A DNA stretch of 64,000 bases from an uncultured virus (IMG/VR IMGVR_UViG_2698536638_000003) (Duplodnaviria; Heunggongvirae; Uroviricota; Caudoviricetes), in the IMG/VR virus record IMGVR_UViG_2698536638_000003, positions 1 through 64,000 of that record; one strand, written 5' to 3'. Of the stretch, positions 37,271 to 47,869 are shown in pieces. The notes under the pieces are model-generated. The model made no database searches. It was not told the DNA's origin and was given only the letters and a program-made list of their open reading frames with translations. A program made the translations under genes and the position numbers. How positions within the stretch are numbered: position 1 is the first letter of the stretch; each line of letters starts with the position of its first letter.

Positions 37271-37615
37271 ATGAACAAATTGCTTGCAGAAACCAAAGGC
37301 TCCTTTCAGCTTCACGATCTGGCTCACCTGGGCCAGCGTCTCCGTGCCAACCGCCCTGGTGTGGTCGAGAACACGTTTTTCATCCAGGACCGTATCGGCC
37401 GCGGTCAGATCCGCGTCATCTCCGAGCTCAAGCGCGAAGCGTCAGACGATGATTTCGTCGGCTACGTGAAGGAGAGCGAAGGCGACATGCAGCTGGCGAT
37501 CGACGCCTTCCTGTCGGAGTTCGGCGCCGAGGCTGTGGAACAGTCGGTCAAGAAGAAGCGCGCCTCGCCCAAGGCCAAGACCAGCGAGACCCCCCAACCG
37601 GAAGCTGACGCCTGA
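37271..37615 (+). CDS. Hypothetical virion-module protein
   Basis: 114-aa ORF after the capsid gene. Confidence 0.65.
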   Translation: MNKLLAETKGSFQLHDLAHLGQRLRANRPGVVENTFFIQDRIGRGQIRVISELKREASDDDFVGYVKESEGDMQLAIDAFLSEFGAEAVEQSVKKKRASPKAKTSETPQPEADA

Positions 37616-38322
37616 TGCGTACTTTTGAAGCCGGCAGGGACATCACCCTGCCGGTCAGCCTTTTCTACAACGGACAGCCAGCCGTCCCGGATGCCGGGAC
37701 GGCTGTCCTGTCTGTGTCCGCTGGTGGCACCGTCATCTTCACCGAAGAGCTGACGACCGGCCCCACCGACGCGGTGCTTGTCGTGACCGTGCCGGCCGAG
37801 CACAACCAGATCTCGACCCCGTTCTCCCGTCGCGTCATCCGCGTCACCGCGGAGCGTGGAGGCCTGCCCTTCGACAGCATGACCATGTACCGGCTCGTGC
37901 CGGCGATCCTCTACACCGTCACCCCCGCCGACGTGCGCGCCTTCCTTGGCGTCAACGAGAGCGAGCTGCCGGACGAGGACGTGGATCTGTCGGGCGCGCT
38001 GCTCAACATCGAATTCAGCATCACCCGCGAGACCATGGCTGCCGCCCTGGTGTCGGGTGACGTCGCCGAGGTGCGCGCGAATGACGCGATCCTCTACACC
38101 ACCGTCCTGGCCCTGATCCCGTCGCTCGCCAACCGCGTGGCCCAGGAAGAGACGGACGGCGCGCTCTCGTTCCGCCGCAACGCCCGCAAGGACTTCTCGG
38201 AACTGCAGAAAGCTGCCGAGGCTCGTCTGTCCGCAGCCATGGCCGTGCTCAACCCTGTGGTCGACCCTGGCTACGCGATCTTCATCACGACCAATGACGC
38301 CGACCCAGTCACGGGTGCGTAG
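37615..38322 (+). CDS. Putative head-tail adaptor
   Basis: VTPADVRAFLGV motif; position. Confidence 0.6.
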   Translation: MRTFEAGRDITLPVSLFYNGQPAVPDAGTAVLSVSAGGTVIFTEELTTGPTDAVLVVTVPAEHNQISTPFSRRVIRVTAERGGLPFDSMTMYRLVPAILYTVTPADVRAFLGVNESELPDEDVDLSGALLNIEFSITRETMAAALVSGDVAEVRANDAILYTTVLALIPSLANRVAQEETDGALSFRRNARKDFSELQKAAEARLSAAMAVLNPVVDPGYAIFITTNDADPVTGA

Positions 38323-38858
38323 TGGCCAGCCTTCACACCTCCGCCCGCCGGTTCCAGTCGCTGATCCACAAGGAAAACGGCCAGCCCTTTAACGGCACCA
38401 TCATGCCGGCCGATGAGGGCAAGGTCGCGACCTATGATTTCTCGTCGCCCAGGCTGATGCTCCGCACGATCGTTGAGGGTGTGGTCAAGCCGCGCGACGT
38501 CGTCCTGGACGACCTCAACCGTCGCTACATCGTCGCCAACAACGGCTACTCGCCATACGGGAAGCAGTTCACCTTCCGGCTGTTCGAGGTGCTGGCCGAT
38601 CTGCAGTGGAAACGAAACGCCACCCAGACCGACACGCTCACCGGCCTCAAGCGGGGTCAGGCTCCGGAAGACCTTGGGCTGATCGCCTGTACGGTCGAGA
38701 TGACCGGCAGGGAGTATCCCGAACCGGCCAGCAACCTCTCGGAGGAGACGCGCCGGATCATCACGGGAGCCCATCTCCAGCTAGGTGACCAGGTCGACGA
38801 CGCCATCGTCCGCAGGATCGACACGGCACTCGGGGTCACCTATGCCGAGATCCGCTAA
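38322..38858 (+). CDS. Putative head closure protein
   Basis: Synteny; coupled ORF. Confidence 0.5.
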   Translation: MASLHTSARRFQSLIHKENGQPFNGTIMPADEGKVATYDFSSPRLMLRTIVEGVVKPRDVVLDDLNRRYIVANNGYSPYGKQFTFRLFEVLADLQWKRNATQTDTLTGLKRGQAPEDLGLIACTVEMTGREYPEPASNLSEETRRIITGAHLQLGDQVDDAIVRRIDTALGVTYAEIR

Positions 38859-39825
38859 GGCGAAAATCGTCGTCAGCTTCCGACAGCACAACACAGGGCA
38901 AAGCCCTTACGCCGGAGGCACGGCGTCAGCCTCGATCGGCCGCTCGGTCAACCAGTTCGTGACCTCTGACATGGGCGAGGTCGCGGCCAAGATTGCGGAG
39001 AGCCTCGCCAAGACGGTTGAGGTGTCGAACCGGACGAACTTCTTCAGCACCAAGGCCGAGAAGCTGGCCAAGAGTATCTCTGATGGCATCGACGCCGAGC
39101 TGCGCAAGATCGGTCAGTTCATTGGCGCAGAGCTGATCGGCATCCAGTCGGAGAAGGAATACGGCGGCAAGACGTCACTCGAGATCGACGAGTTCGACGA
39201 GGTCGGCATCTCCGTCGACTGGCGGAACCTGGCCAACATTACGAGGCGCAAGAAAACAGCCAACAAGGACAAGTTCTTCCTGCACACGTCAGCGCTGCGA
39301 AGCGAGATCCGGCAGAAGGCCGGCGCCGGCGCCGTGGCCCTGAACTCGGGCTTCAAGCAGCGGGGTGGAGCTGGCTCGGTCAGCTATGGTTGTGTGACGA
39401 TCGTGCCCTACTACTACACGTCGGACACGGGCAAGCGGGTCTACAAGATCGCAGACATTTCCGTGAACCTGCTGGCTGGCGTCCCGGTGACTGCCGCCCA
39501 GGCCGTCCTGTCACAGAAAACCTTCAACCAGTCCGTAAACACCGCGGGCAACATGCCGGTGCTCGCCCGCTTGATGGGTCTGAGCCAGAGCGCGATCAAG
39601 AAGTTGGAAGGTGGTGTCATCGACCGCCACCGCGTCCACCGCAGGAACAAGAGCGGGTTCGCGATTGGGTCTTTCGAGAACACGTTCACCGGCGACTCCA
39701 TCAACTTTTACCGACCAATGCTCGAACCGTCTCTGGCCTACTTCTTCCAGAAGCGGGTGCCTGCTGCGGTTCAGAAAGCCTTGAACCGATATTCCATCGG
39801 CAAGGGCCGCAAGTACGGAGATTGA
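38842..39825 (+). CDS. Putative neck / tail completion protein
   Basis: Basic protein ending RPMLEPSL; synteny. Confidence 0.5.
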   Translation: MPRSAKAKIVVSFRQHNTGQSPYAGGTASASIGRSVNQFVTSDMGEVAAKIAESLAKTVEVSNRTNFFSTKAEKLAKSISDGIDAELRKIGQFIGAELIGIQSEKEYGGKTSLEIDEFDEVGISVDWRNLANITRRKKTANKDKFFLHTSALRSEIRQKAGAGAVALNSGFKQRGGAGSVSYGCVTIVPYYYTSDTGKRVYKIADISVNLLAGVPVTAAQAVLSQKTFNQSVNTAGNMPVLARLMGLSQSAIKKLEGGVIDRHRVHRRNKSGFAIGSFENTFTGDSINFYRPMLEPSLAYFFQKRVPAAVQKALNRYSIGKGRKYGD

Positions 39826-39826
39826 A

Positions 39827-40276
39827 ATGGCCTACATGAACGTCTGGACGTCTGTCGCCGCCTACATCAACCAGCAGATCTCTATGATCGCGGCCAACGG
39901 CATCACGCCGGCCGAGAGCATGAAGATGTTCGACTGGGAGGCACACGCAAATATCGAAGAAGCACCGGCGGTCCACCTTATCGGACCAGCCTCGCTGGCG
40001 ATCGACGAACTGTCGAACGGGATCTACAGCGCCACGTTCGTGATTGGCGTCGGTTCATGGAAGGATGATGGGTTGTTCGTCCACCGCGCGATGGTGGATT
40101 TCCTCTTCAAGTCCCTGAAGAGCGGCACGCGCATGTCGGTCTTCGACGCGAAGACCGAGCAACCCTACAGCTGGCTCAAGATCGTTGACGGAACGTCAGT
40201 CGCTCCCATGACCAAAGCCAACACCAGGGCGCTTCAGTTCATTCAAGCCGAGGCGTTGGTCGATCCAATGGCGTAG
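39827..40276 (+). CDS. Putative tail terminator protein
   Basis: 149 aa, immediately before the tail tube gene. Confidence 0.5.
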   Translation: MAYMNVWTSVAAYINQQISMIAANGITPAESMKMFDWEAHANIEEAPAVHLIGPASLAIDELSNGIYSATFVIGVGSWKDDGLFVHRAMVDFLFKSLKSGTRMSVFDAKTEQPYSWLKIVDGTSVAPMTKANTRALQFIQAEALVDPMA

Positions 40277-40434
40277 TGCGCTTGAAGGATCGCGCGGTTG
40301 GTCTCGTCTTCCTGGGCGAGGGCGGTCTCAATCAAGACGACGATCTCGGCAGAAGTGGAGCGTCGAAGAAACATAGCGCGGCGTTCCAGCACTGCTTTCA
40401 ACTCGTCATCAACGTTTACGGTAATGCGCTTCAT
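40243..40434 (-). CDS. Arc/ribbon-helix-helix DNA-binding protein
   Basis: MKRITVNVDDELKAVLERRAMFLRRSTSAEIVVLIETAL is an Arc-like pattern. Confidence 0.75.
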   Translation of the reverse strand: MKRITVNVDDELKAVLERRAMFLRRSTSAEIVVLIETALAQEDETNRAILQAHYAIGSTNASA

Positions 40435-40540
40435 TTTACACCATTATGCTGCAGTCGTTGATTGCTCATGTAGGTACGGGTGCCCACCTAACAAGCGCGA
40501 TTGAAAGATCATTCTGCGCCGATTTCAAAAGGAGCACTCC

Positions 40541-41335
40541 ATGGCCGGTAACGCCAAAACGAATAAGTTCATGCTTTCCACGGCGACCGTCATGCTTGGC
40601 GCGCTCGCGGACCTTCACAAGCTTAACCCGATAGAGCATTCTATCGGCCTGGTGAAGAACTTCCAGCTGACCGGCGAAGCCGCGTACACCGAGCTGACCC
40701 AGGGCATCCGCAATGCCGTTGTGATGTCCGTCCGCACGGGCGAAGGCCTCAAGACGTCCTGCGAAGTCTACGAGTTCACCGGCAAGAACCTGGCCTACGC
40801 CGCCGGCCTGGACGCTTCGGGCGCGAGCTATACCGTGGCTGACGACCTGTCGGCGCTGGGCACCGAAGCCGCTGCTTCGGATGACGAGTTGGTGCTGGCC
40901 GTTGCCCCGGTCGCGCCTGTGGTTGCCGGTGACTACCTGTTCGTGCAGAAGGGCCAGGACGACTACGTCCATATCATCAAGGCCGCCTCGTACGATGCCA
41001 CCTCGAAGACGATCACCGTCGCGGCCGGCTTCGAAGTCCCGACCGGCATGACCTTCCCGGTGGGCGCCCGCGTCGGTCGCCTGGTGCGTATCGACATTGG
41101 TCAGAACGTGACCCAGCCCGACCTGGCCTGCAAGGTCACCGGCATCCTGCCGAAGGACAACACGCCGTTCACTATCCTTCTGCCGAAGGTCAAGGTGACC
41201 CGTGGTCTGGGCATCTCGTTCGCCTCGGACAACTTCTCGAACATGCCGTTCGAGATGCAGCCCTACGAGATGGTGACGTCCGATCCGTTCTACGGTGAAT
41301 ACGGTCAAGGCCAGGCCATCCTGCTGGCCCGCTAA
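40541..41335 (+). CDS. Major tail tube protein
   Basis: 264 aa; AGGAG Shine-Dalgarno; followed by a terminator and the chaperone genes. Confidence 0.75.
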   Translation: MAGNAKTNKFMLSTATVMLGALADLHKLNPIEHSIGLVKNFQLTGEAAYTELTQGIRNAVVMSVRTGEGLKTSCEVYEFTGKNLAYAAGLDASGASYTVADDLSALGTEAAASDDELVLAVAPVAPVVAGDYLFVQKGQDDYVHIIKAASYDATSKTITVAAGFEVPTGMTFPVGARVGRLVRIDIGQNVTQPDLACKVTGILPKDNTPFTILLPKVKVTRGLGISFASDNFSNMPFEMQPYEMVTSDPFYGEYGQGQAILLAR

Positions 41336-41355
41336 TTTCCAAAATCCATAGAACT

Positions 41356-41393
41356 AAGCCTCGCCCGTGACTACATCACGGGCGAGGCTTTTT
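41356..41393 (+). terminator. Intrinsic terminator
   Basis: AAGCCTCGCCCGTGA-CTACA-TCACGGGCGAGGCTT-TTT. Confidence 0.85.
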
Positions 41394-41411
41394 CACATCT
41401 AGGAGTACTTT

Positions 41412-41825
41412 ATGTCCGATCTACAGGACCGGTTCGAGATCACTCAAGACGGGGCAACCCGCGAGATCTTTATGTCCTTTGGGCTGCTCAACGAAATCAC
41501 CACCCTGATGGGCGAGCCGGCCGCCGCGGCCAGCGTCTACTTCAACCCGGAACTGCGCGAGAAAGTGCTTCTCACAGCCCTTCACCAACGCACGAAGACA
41601 GGAAAGATTGAAAGCCGGGTTGTCTCTTTGGACGACCCCGACATCTCGGTCTCCGACATGGAAGCCCTCCTGGCATGGGAGGTCGATCACGCCATCGGTT
41701 TTTTCACAAGATCTATGGATCGAGTGGTCAAGACGAAAAGCGCCCTCGAAACTCTCACTCGGGGCGCGTCTACACTGATTGGGTCTCAGGGCTCAACTTC
41801 GAAGAAGCAATCATCTGGACGCTAA
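41412..41825 (+). CDS. Tail assembly chaperone (gpG-like)
   Basis: Between tail tube and tape measure; contains slippery T TTT TTC at 41699-41705. Confidence 0.7.
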   Translation: MSDLQDRFEITQDGATREIFMSFGLLNEITTLMGEPAAAASVYFNPELREKVLLTALHQRTKTGKIESRVVSLDDPDISVSDMEALLAWEVDHAIGFFTRSMDRVVKTKSALETLTRGASTLIGSQGSTSKKQSSGR

Positions 41826-42079
41826 GGGTCCGGCCTAGCGAGCTGCGTGAGGTCTACTGGAGCCACTCCTACTACGACCTCATCACGATCGTCAGGCTGA
41901 ACACTGAAGGAAAGGTGGCGGAACTAGGTCAGCACTTCGACAACCTGGCAACAGTCGTTTCGAAGGCTCTGGGTGGTTCCGATGATGAGGATGCCGATGA
42001 CGCCGACGTCACAGTAATCAACAGCTGGGACGAGCTCACGGCAGCGTTTAGGACTCTAGGGGGTCAAATTGGCGCTTGA
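41699..42079 (+). CDS. gpGT-like extension read after a -1 frameshift
   Basis: The -1 frame is open from the slippery heptamer to 42079. Confidence 0.65.
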   Translation, partial: FFHKIYGSSGQDEKRPRNSHSGRVYTDWVSGLNFEEAIIWTLRVRPSELREVYWSHSYYDLITIVRLNTEGKVAELGQHFDNLATVVSKALGGSDDEDADDADVTVINSWDELTAAFRTLGGQIGA

Positions 42080-45000
42080 GCAGAACGACATCCGGTACGA
42101 CGTCGATATCGACCTGCAGGATAGTCTTCGCGAAATTGATCAGCTCCGTCAGAAACTGAAATCTTTCAGTGACGACCTCGCCGTCAGCTCCACCGAAGTC
42201 CAGAAGAACATGCGCAAGGCGGCGCAGGAATACGTCTCATACATCAAGAAGCTTGAGGGTGATCTGAACACCCTCAAGAAGCAGGGCAAGGACACCACCG
42301 TCGAAGAGGCGCGGCTGTCTCAGATCCGCAACCGCCAGCGGGCGGCTCCTGCTGCCATCGCCAGCGAGTACGCGCGCGGAACCGATGCTACCCAGGCCAA
42401 CCGCGCTGTCCTGCAGCGTCAAGTCAATGAGATGAAATCGACGACCAACGAGCTGGTCGGCAAATACTTCGACGAGCTGAACTCCACCTACCTGAAATCC
42501 GTCAAGCGCTCGCTGACCAATCTGTCGAACGAGGAGCGTATCCTCCGCAGCCGCATGGACGACCGTAACAGCCGCGCAACGATGGGCGATGCAGCTTTCG
42601 GTTTCCAGAAGCAGGCCGACCGCCGGAACCTGAACGGCGGCGCCAACCAATTCCTGTCGCAGGCCGGCATCCTCAACAACTACGCCATGGTTGGAGGCGC
42701 TTACAGCGCGGCCTTCAGCCTGGGTAACTTCGTCGTCAAGCTCGACGAGCAGTTCAAACAATTCCAGGCGATCACCGCCTCGACGAACGGCGAAATGAAA
42801 TTGATGGAGGATCGGCTCCTCTCCGTGTCGGAGAAGACCAAGTTCACCGCCAATGAGATCGCTGACGCCGCGACCCTCATGGGTCAGGCCGGTATGTCGG
42901 TCGGTGAAGTCGCCGAGGCTATCGAGCCAGTCGCCAAGCTGGCCACCGCCGCCGGCACCGAGCTCAAGGACGCCGTGGACGTCGTCACGACCACGCTCAA
43001 CATCTTCAACCTGCAGACCAGCGAAGCCGCCCACCTGGCTGACGTCTTCACCTCCGCGCTGAACGAGAGCAAGCTGACGCTCGACCAGCTGCAGGCTGCT
43101 CTGCAGTACTCCGGCAACACTGCCGCCAGCGTCGGCGTCAGCTACACCGAACTGACCGCAGCGGTCTCCGCGCTCGCCAACGCCGGCATCCGTTCTGGCT
43201 CGACGATCGGCACTGGCTTGCGCCAGCTGATGGTCGACCTGATCACGCCCTCCAAGCAGCTAAAGGCCGAACTGTCGCGCCTCGGCCTGTCAATGGAAGA
43301 CGTCGACATCAAGACGCACGGTCTCTACGGCGTCATGCGGAACCTCAAGACCGCTGGCTTCGACACGTCGAGCGCGTTCGGGGGCCTGGAAGTCCGCGCC
43401 GCCGCTGCCTTCACCGCGTTCGCCAACAACCTCGACACCATGTCCGAGATCCAGCAGTCCCTGCTGCTCTCGAACTCCGCTGCTGAAGCCAACGATGTGC
43501 AGATGCAGTCGCTGTCCAACACGGTCAAGAACTTCGGCTCGAACCTCGGCGCCCTGGTCTACACCGCGTTCCAGCCTTTCCTGAAGACCTTGCAGCTGAC
43601 CATCTCGTCCGGCGCTGGCTTCCTCGCCTGGCTGCGTCAGGCCGGCCCTCTGGTCCAGATCGTTGGCACTGCCATCGCATCGATCGTCTCGGCGCTGATC
43701 CTGGTCCGTATCGGCAAGCTTGCCGCTGGCATCATCGCTATCGGGACCGCAGCCACCGGCGCGGCCGGCGCGATGGCGGCCCTGCGCGCTGCGACCTTGG
43801 GCAACCCACTCTTCCTTGGCGCCGCCGTGCTGATCGCCGGCATCCAGCTGTTTGCGAACTATGCCGACAGCGCCGGCCGCCTGCAGGCTTCGCTCGACAA
43901 CCTCAAGACCGAGCAGGACACCTACCAGGCGTCCGTCGATCACACCAACGACCGGGTGACCAGCCTCACCGCGGCGATGGACGACCTGGCTCGGAAGCAG
44001 AAGAACCTCGACGCCGGCAGCGACATCGCGCGCCAGACCAAGGTCATGGAGGTGCTGTCCACCTTCCAGGAGCTGACCGGCGAGATCGACGCCTCGTCGG
44101 CTTCGGTCGCGGATCTGATCAAGGCCATGCAGAACCTGAAGAGCGAACTGGTAGCCGGCCTGCCGGACCAGTTCGGCCTCCTGGTCGACAAGATCGACCA
44201 GCGCATCGCCATCCTGAAGGGCGCAGTTGCCGACCGCGTCAAGGGCGACGGCCAGTTTGCGGCCTCCCTGGCTGCGTCGGAGCGCTTCGGCAACGGTGGG
44301 GCGACCTACTCGAGCGACAACCCGATGTTCAGCGAGAAGGTGGCAACGCAGTTCGGCAAGGACATCGGCGAAGCCTTCGACCTGGCGACGGGCCTGAAGA
44401 AAGCCGACGCCGTCAGCGGCCAGCACGCCCAAGGCCTGGAGGCCATCATCGAGCGGTCGATCGCCGCCGTCCAGCGGAAGATTACCCCGCTTGAGGACAA
44501 GGGGTATTTCGGCCGCAGCGACGAAGAGACGAGCCAGCTTGCTGATCTCCGCAAGGACCTGAACTTCTTCACCCTGTTGAACAAAGCTTTCGAACCGCTG
44601 GCCAAGGACCTGGTCCAGATCGATGCCTCGAAGCTCGACCGGGGTATCCAGGTCAACAACCAGGCCAAGGCGCAGCTGGCCACCACTAAGGGTTACCAGA
44701 GCGCCGACGCGCTCAAGACCGACACCACTGGCTACCTGACGAACCGTCTTGGCGAAATCGTCAGCGCCGACCTCCCGATCGAGGACACGAAGAAGGCCTA
44801 CGACGCCCTACAGGTCGAGCTGAACACGCGCATAGAAAAGATCAACGCCGATCTGAAGTTGGCGGCCGACGAAATGCGCGCGACCGGTGAGTACAGCGAA
44901 GACGACATCAAGAAGGCCGTCGAGGGCAGCGAGCTGAAGACCGACATCGCCGGCTTGCAGGGCGCGTTCAAAAAGGGTGCCGAGGGTTCGATCAAGGCGT

Positions 45001-47486
45001 TCAAGAAGTTCCAGCAATACATGTTGGAACAGCAGCAGAAGAACGTCGAGAAGCAGATCGCCTCGACGAAGAAGCAGCTGGCCGACGCCACCAACGAGCG
45101 CCAGGTCGACCTCCTGGAGAACCAGCTCTACACGCTGGATGGCACTCTGGCCAAGCTGGAGAAGGACGCTTTCGACGTCGCTCCCGACAAGGACATCGGC
45201 GACAACTCCGCCGACCTAGAGCTCGCCAAGCGCGCGATCCGTGACAACCAGAAGAACCGCCGCGACGACCTCATCGGCGCCGTGATCGAGAAGCGCGCCG
45301 CCCTGGCCGAGAAAGCCAACGAGGCTTTCGAAGACGACCTCAAGAGCAAGCTGAAGAGCGTTCAGGACGAGATGGGCAACCTCGTCGGGACCATCGACAA
45401 CAACTCGACCGAGGAAGCCATCAAGGCGGTCAGGGACAAGCTCAATGAGCTGAACGAGAAGGCCAAACAGCTGGCCGGCCAGATCGCCGGTATCTCGGTC
45501 GGCGAGGACTTCGGCTCGTTCGCCGTGGGTGGTCTCCCGACCGCAGATGCGACTGACATCCAGAAGCAGATCATCGACGCCGCGAACAAGGCCGGTATCC
45601 CGGCGCAGATCGCGCTCGCGGTCGCGTCGTTCGAGAGCCACTTCAACCCGAACGCCAAGAACCCCGACTCCAGCGCGCGTGGCCTCTACCAGAACACCGA
45701 CGACAATTGGGCAAGCCACGGCCTGGCTCCCGGAGATCGTGGCAGCGTCAGCATGCAGATCTACGCTGGCATCCAGGACATGCTCCGCACCCAGAAGGCA
45801 CTGGGCACCACGCAGCTGTCCTTCAAGGACTATTATGGCGCTCATCTGCTCGGCCAGACCGGCTACCAGAAGGTGCTCCAGAACCCGAACGCGAACGCCG
45901 TTGGCCTCCTCGGCGCCGGCGCGGTGTCCGGCAACGGCGGCAATATCAACCAGACTGCCCAGGAGTTCCTGGACATGGTCTACCAGAAGGCCGCCGTCCA
46001 CCTGGAGAAGGTGAAGGGCATGGTCCAGAAGCCGATGGACGCGGCTGACGACGCCCTCACGACCCAGACCGACAACCTGACTGAGAAGTCGTCCGACGCG
46101 GTCAGGGAGTTCGGCAAGAAGGTCGAGAAGAACCAGGTCAAGCAGGCCACCAAGCTGCTCGACAGCCAGGCCAAGGCGCTGGAAGCCCAGGTCAACACCC
46201 TGATGGTCCAGTCGTCCAAGGCGCAGGACCCGCACGCCCTGCAGTCGATCATGGATCAGGTCACGTCCAAGTGGGCCGAGATGACGGAGAAGGAGGTCGC
46301 TTCCTTCACCAAGGAGAACGCCGGCACCGACGACTTCGACACCAAGCTCGCCGCCCTGAAAGAACAGCTGGGCTCGGGCCTGAACAGCAAGATCGTCACG
46401 CTGCTGGACCGTTACCAACAGTCGATCGAGAACCTGGAATTTGCTCCGCTTGAGGACGCCCAGGCAAAGCTGGCCGCTGCGCAGAACCCGCTCTACGCGA
46501 GCAAGTACACCGAAGGCCAGGTCCAGGGTCTCCAGCACGACGTCCAGCTGCAAGAGCAGGCCGCCCAGCAGGAGCGCCTGAACCAGCTTGAGCAGCTCCA
46601 CGCCTACATCCTCCAGCAGGTGTCGGCCGCCGAGCAGCAGTACGGCGCCAACAGCGAGCAGGTGCAAGCGCTCAAGGAACGCCAGTACTCGGTCGAGCAG
46701 AGCCTGACCGGCGTGCGCCGCCAGGCCACTGCTGACACACAGGCCGCAGCTCAGGGCGAGATGACCCTGAAGGATGCCATTGACGCCGCCAACCGCGCCT
46801 GGATGCAGCGCAATGGCCTGATGGACGCCAATGGCAACATGATCTCGAACGCCCAGAAGGCCGGCGCCGCCTGGGGCCAGGCGCTAGACGGCATCGCGAA
46901 CTCCATGAGCACGCTGTTCACCGACCTGGCTTCCGGCTCGATGTCCGCTGGCGAGGCGTTCAAGAAGTTCGGCCTGTCGGTCGTCCAGATGCTGATGCAG
47001 ATGATCGCCAAGGCGCTGGTCTTCAACATGCTCCAGAGCTTGATGGGTGGCGCTGGTGGCGGTGGGGGCGGGGGCTTCCTGGGAATGCTGTTCGGTGGTG
47101 GCATGGCCACCGGCGGCATGATCGCGGGCATTAAGCGCTCGGCTACGGGCGAATACGTCCACGGCGCCAGCACGCCGTTCCGCGATAGCCAGCTCCGCAT
47201 GGTTCAACCGGGCGAGATGATCCTGCGCACGTCTGCGGTCAACCAGATCGGCCGTGACTCGCTGGAGAAGATCAACGCCCTCGGCAACCGCAAGATGGCC
47301 TCTGGCATGCCTTCGCTGCCCGCAGCGCAGCCGGCTGATCAGCGGCCGGTCAACGTGTGGGCTGTGCTGCCGGAAGAGAAGCCGCAGCTCGGGCCCGACG
47401 ACGTGGTCGCCTACATCAGCGACGACATCCGGCGCCGCGGTGTGACGCGCAGCCTGATCAAAGCGATCAATTCCGGGAGGATGTGA
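42069..47486 (+). CDS. Tape measure protein with lytic transglycosylase (SLT) domain
   Basis: 1805 aa; TP901-type region (TKFTANEIADA...) and ALAVASFESHFNPNAKNPDSSARGLYQ. Confidence 0.92.
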   Translation: MALEQNDIRYDVDIDLQDSLREIDQLRQKLKSFSDDLAVSSTEVQKNMRKAAQEYVSYIKKLEGDLNTLKKQGKDTTVEEARLSQIRNRQRAAPAAIASEYARGTDATQANRAVLQRQVNEMKSTTNELVGKYFDELNSTYLKSVKRSLTNLSNEERILRSRMDDRNSRATMGDAAFGFQKQADRRNLNGGANQFLSQAGILNNYAMVGGAYSAAFSLGNFVVKLDEQFKQFQAITASTNGEMKLMEDRLLSVSEKTKFTANEIADAATLMGQAGMSVGEVAEAIEPVAKLATAAGTELKDAVDVVTTTLNIFNLQTSEAAHLADVFTSALNESKLTLDQLQAALQYSGNTAASVGVSYTELTAAVSALANAGIRSGSTIGTGLRQLMVDLITPSKQLKAELSRLGLSMEDVDIKTHGLYGVMRNLKTAGFDTSSAFGGLEVRAAAAFTAFANNLDTMSEIQQSLLLSNSAAEANDVQMQSLSNTVKNFGSNLGALVYTAFQPFLKTLQLTISSGAGFLAWLRQAGPLVQIVGTAIASIVSALILVRIGKLAAGIIAIGTAATGAAGAMAALRAATLGNPLFLGAAVLIAGIQLFANYADSAGRLQASLDNLKTEQDTYQASVDHTNDRVTSLTAAMDDLARKQKNLDAGSDIARQTKVMEVLSTFQELTGEIDASSASVADLIKAMQNLKSELVAGLPDQFGLLVDKIDQRIAILKGAVADRVKGDGQFAASLAASERFGNGGATYSSDNPMFSEKVATQFGKDIGEAFDLATGLKKADAVSGQHAQGLEAIIERSIAAVQRKITPLEDKGYFGRSDEETSQLADLRKDLNFFTLLNKAFEPLAKDLVQIDASKLDRGIQVNNQAKAQLATTKGYQSADALKTDTTGYLTNRLGEIVSADLPIEDTKKAYDALQVELNTRIEKINADLKLAADEMRATGEYSEDDIKKAVEGSELKTDIAGLQGAFKKGAEGSIKAFKKFQQYMLEQQQKNVEKQIASTKKQLADATNERQVDLLENQLYTLDGTLAKLEKDAFDVAPDKDIGDNSADLELAKRAIRDNQKNRRDDLIGAVIEKRAALAEKANEAFEDDLKSKLKSVQDEMGNLVGTIDNNSTEEAIKAVRDKLNELNEKAKQLAGQIAGISVGEDFGSFAVGGLPTADATDIQKQIIDAANKAGIPAQIALAVASFESHFNPNAKNPDSSARGLYQNTDDNWASHGLAPGDRGSVSMQIYAGIQDMLRTQKALGTTQLSFKDYYGAHLLGQTGYQKVLQNPNANAVGLLGAGAVSGNGGNINQTAQEFLDMVYQKAAVHLEKVKGMVQKPMDAADDALTTQTDNLTEKSSDAVREFGKKVEKNQVKQATKLLDSQAKALEAQVNTLMVQSSKAQDPHALQSIMDQVTSKWAEMTEKEVASFTKENAGTDDFDTKLAALKEQLGSGLNSKIVTLLDRYQQSIENLEFAPLEDAQAKLAAAQNPLYASKYTEGQVQGLQHDVQLQEQAAQQERLNQLEQLHAYILQQVSAAEQQYGANSEQVQALKERQYSVEQSLTGVRRQATADTQAAAQGEMTLKDAIDAANRAWMQRNGLMDANGNMISNAQKAGAAWGQALDGIANSMSTLFTDLASGSMSAGEAFKKFGLSVVQMLMQMIAKALVFNMLQSLMGGAGGGGGGGFLGMLFGGGMATGGMIAGIKRSATGEYVHGASTPFRDSQLRMVQPGEMILRTSAVNQIGRDSLEKINALGNRKMASGMPSLPAAQPADQRPVNVWAVLPEEKPQLGPDDVVAYISDDIRRRGVTRSLIKAINSGRM

Positions 47487-47869
47487 TGCAGACCTTCGAC
47501 TTCCCATTCCACCTGGTCGAGGACACCTATCCCTCGAGCTCGACCGTAATCCAGTTTGGTGGCGGCTATCAGTTCGCGACCAAGCCACGCGGGCCGGATC
47601 AGATCGGCTTCAAACTCTCATTCAAGGCCATGTGGTTCTACGAGCGGGCGCCGGGTGTCGTCGACCCGGATCTGAACCCGCAGCTCAACATGAAGCGCAT
47701 GATCGACTTCTACGAGGCCCACCGGCTCTACGAGCCTTTCTACTATCCGCACCCCATACGCGGTCTACTCGTCGTGCGCTTCTCCAAGCCGCTCCAGGTG
47801 CCCAAGGGCGTCGAGCGGGGCAACGGCCAGACCGAGCAACTCAACATCGAACTGATCCTGCAGCCATGA
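47486..47869 (+). CDS. Distal tail protein (gpM-like)
   Basis: IQFGGGYQF motif; position after the tape measure. Confidence 0.7.
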   Translation: MQTFDFPFHLVEDTYPSSSTVIQFGGGYQFATKPRGPDQIGFKLSFKAMWFYERAPGVVDPDLNPQLNMKRMIDFYEAHRLYEPFYYPHPIRGLLVVRFSKPLQVPKGVERGNGQTEQLNIELILQP

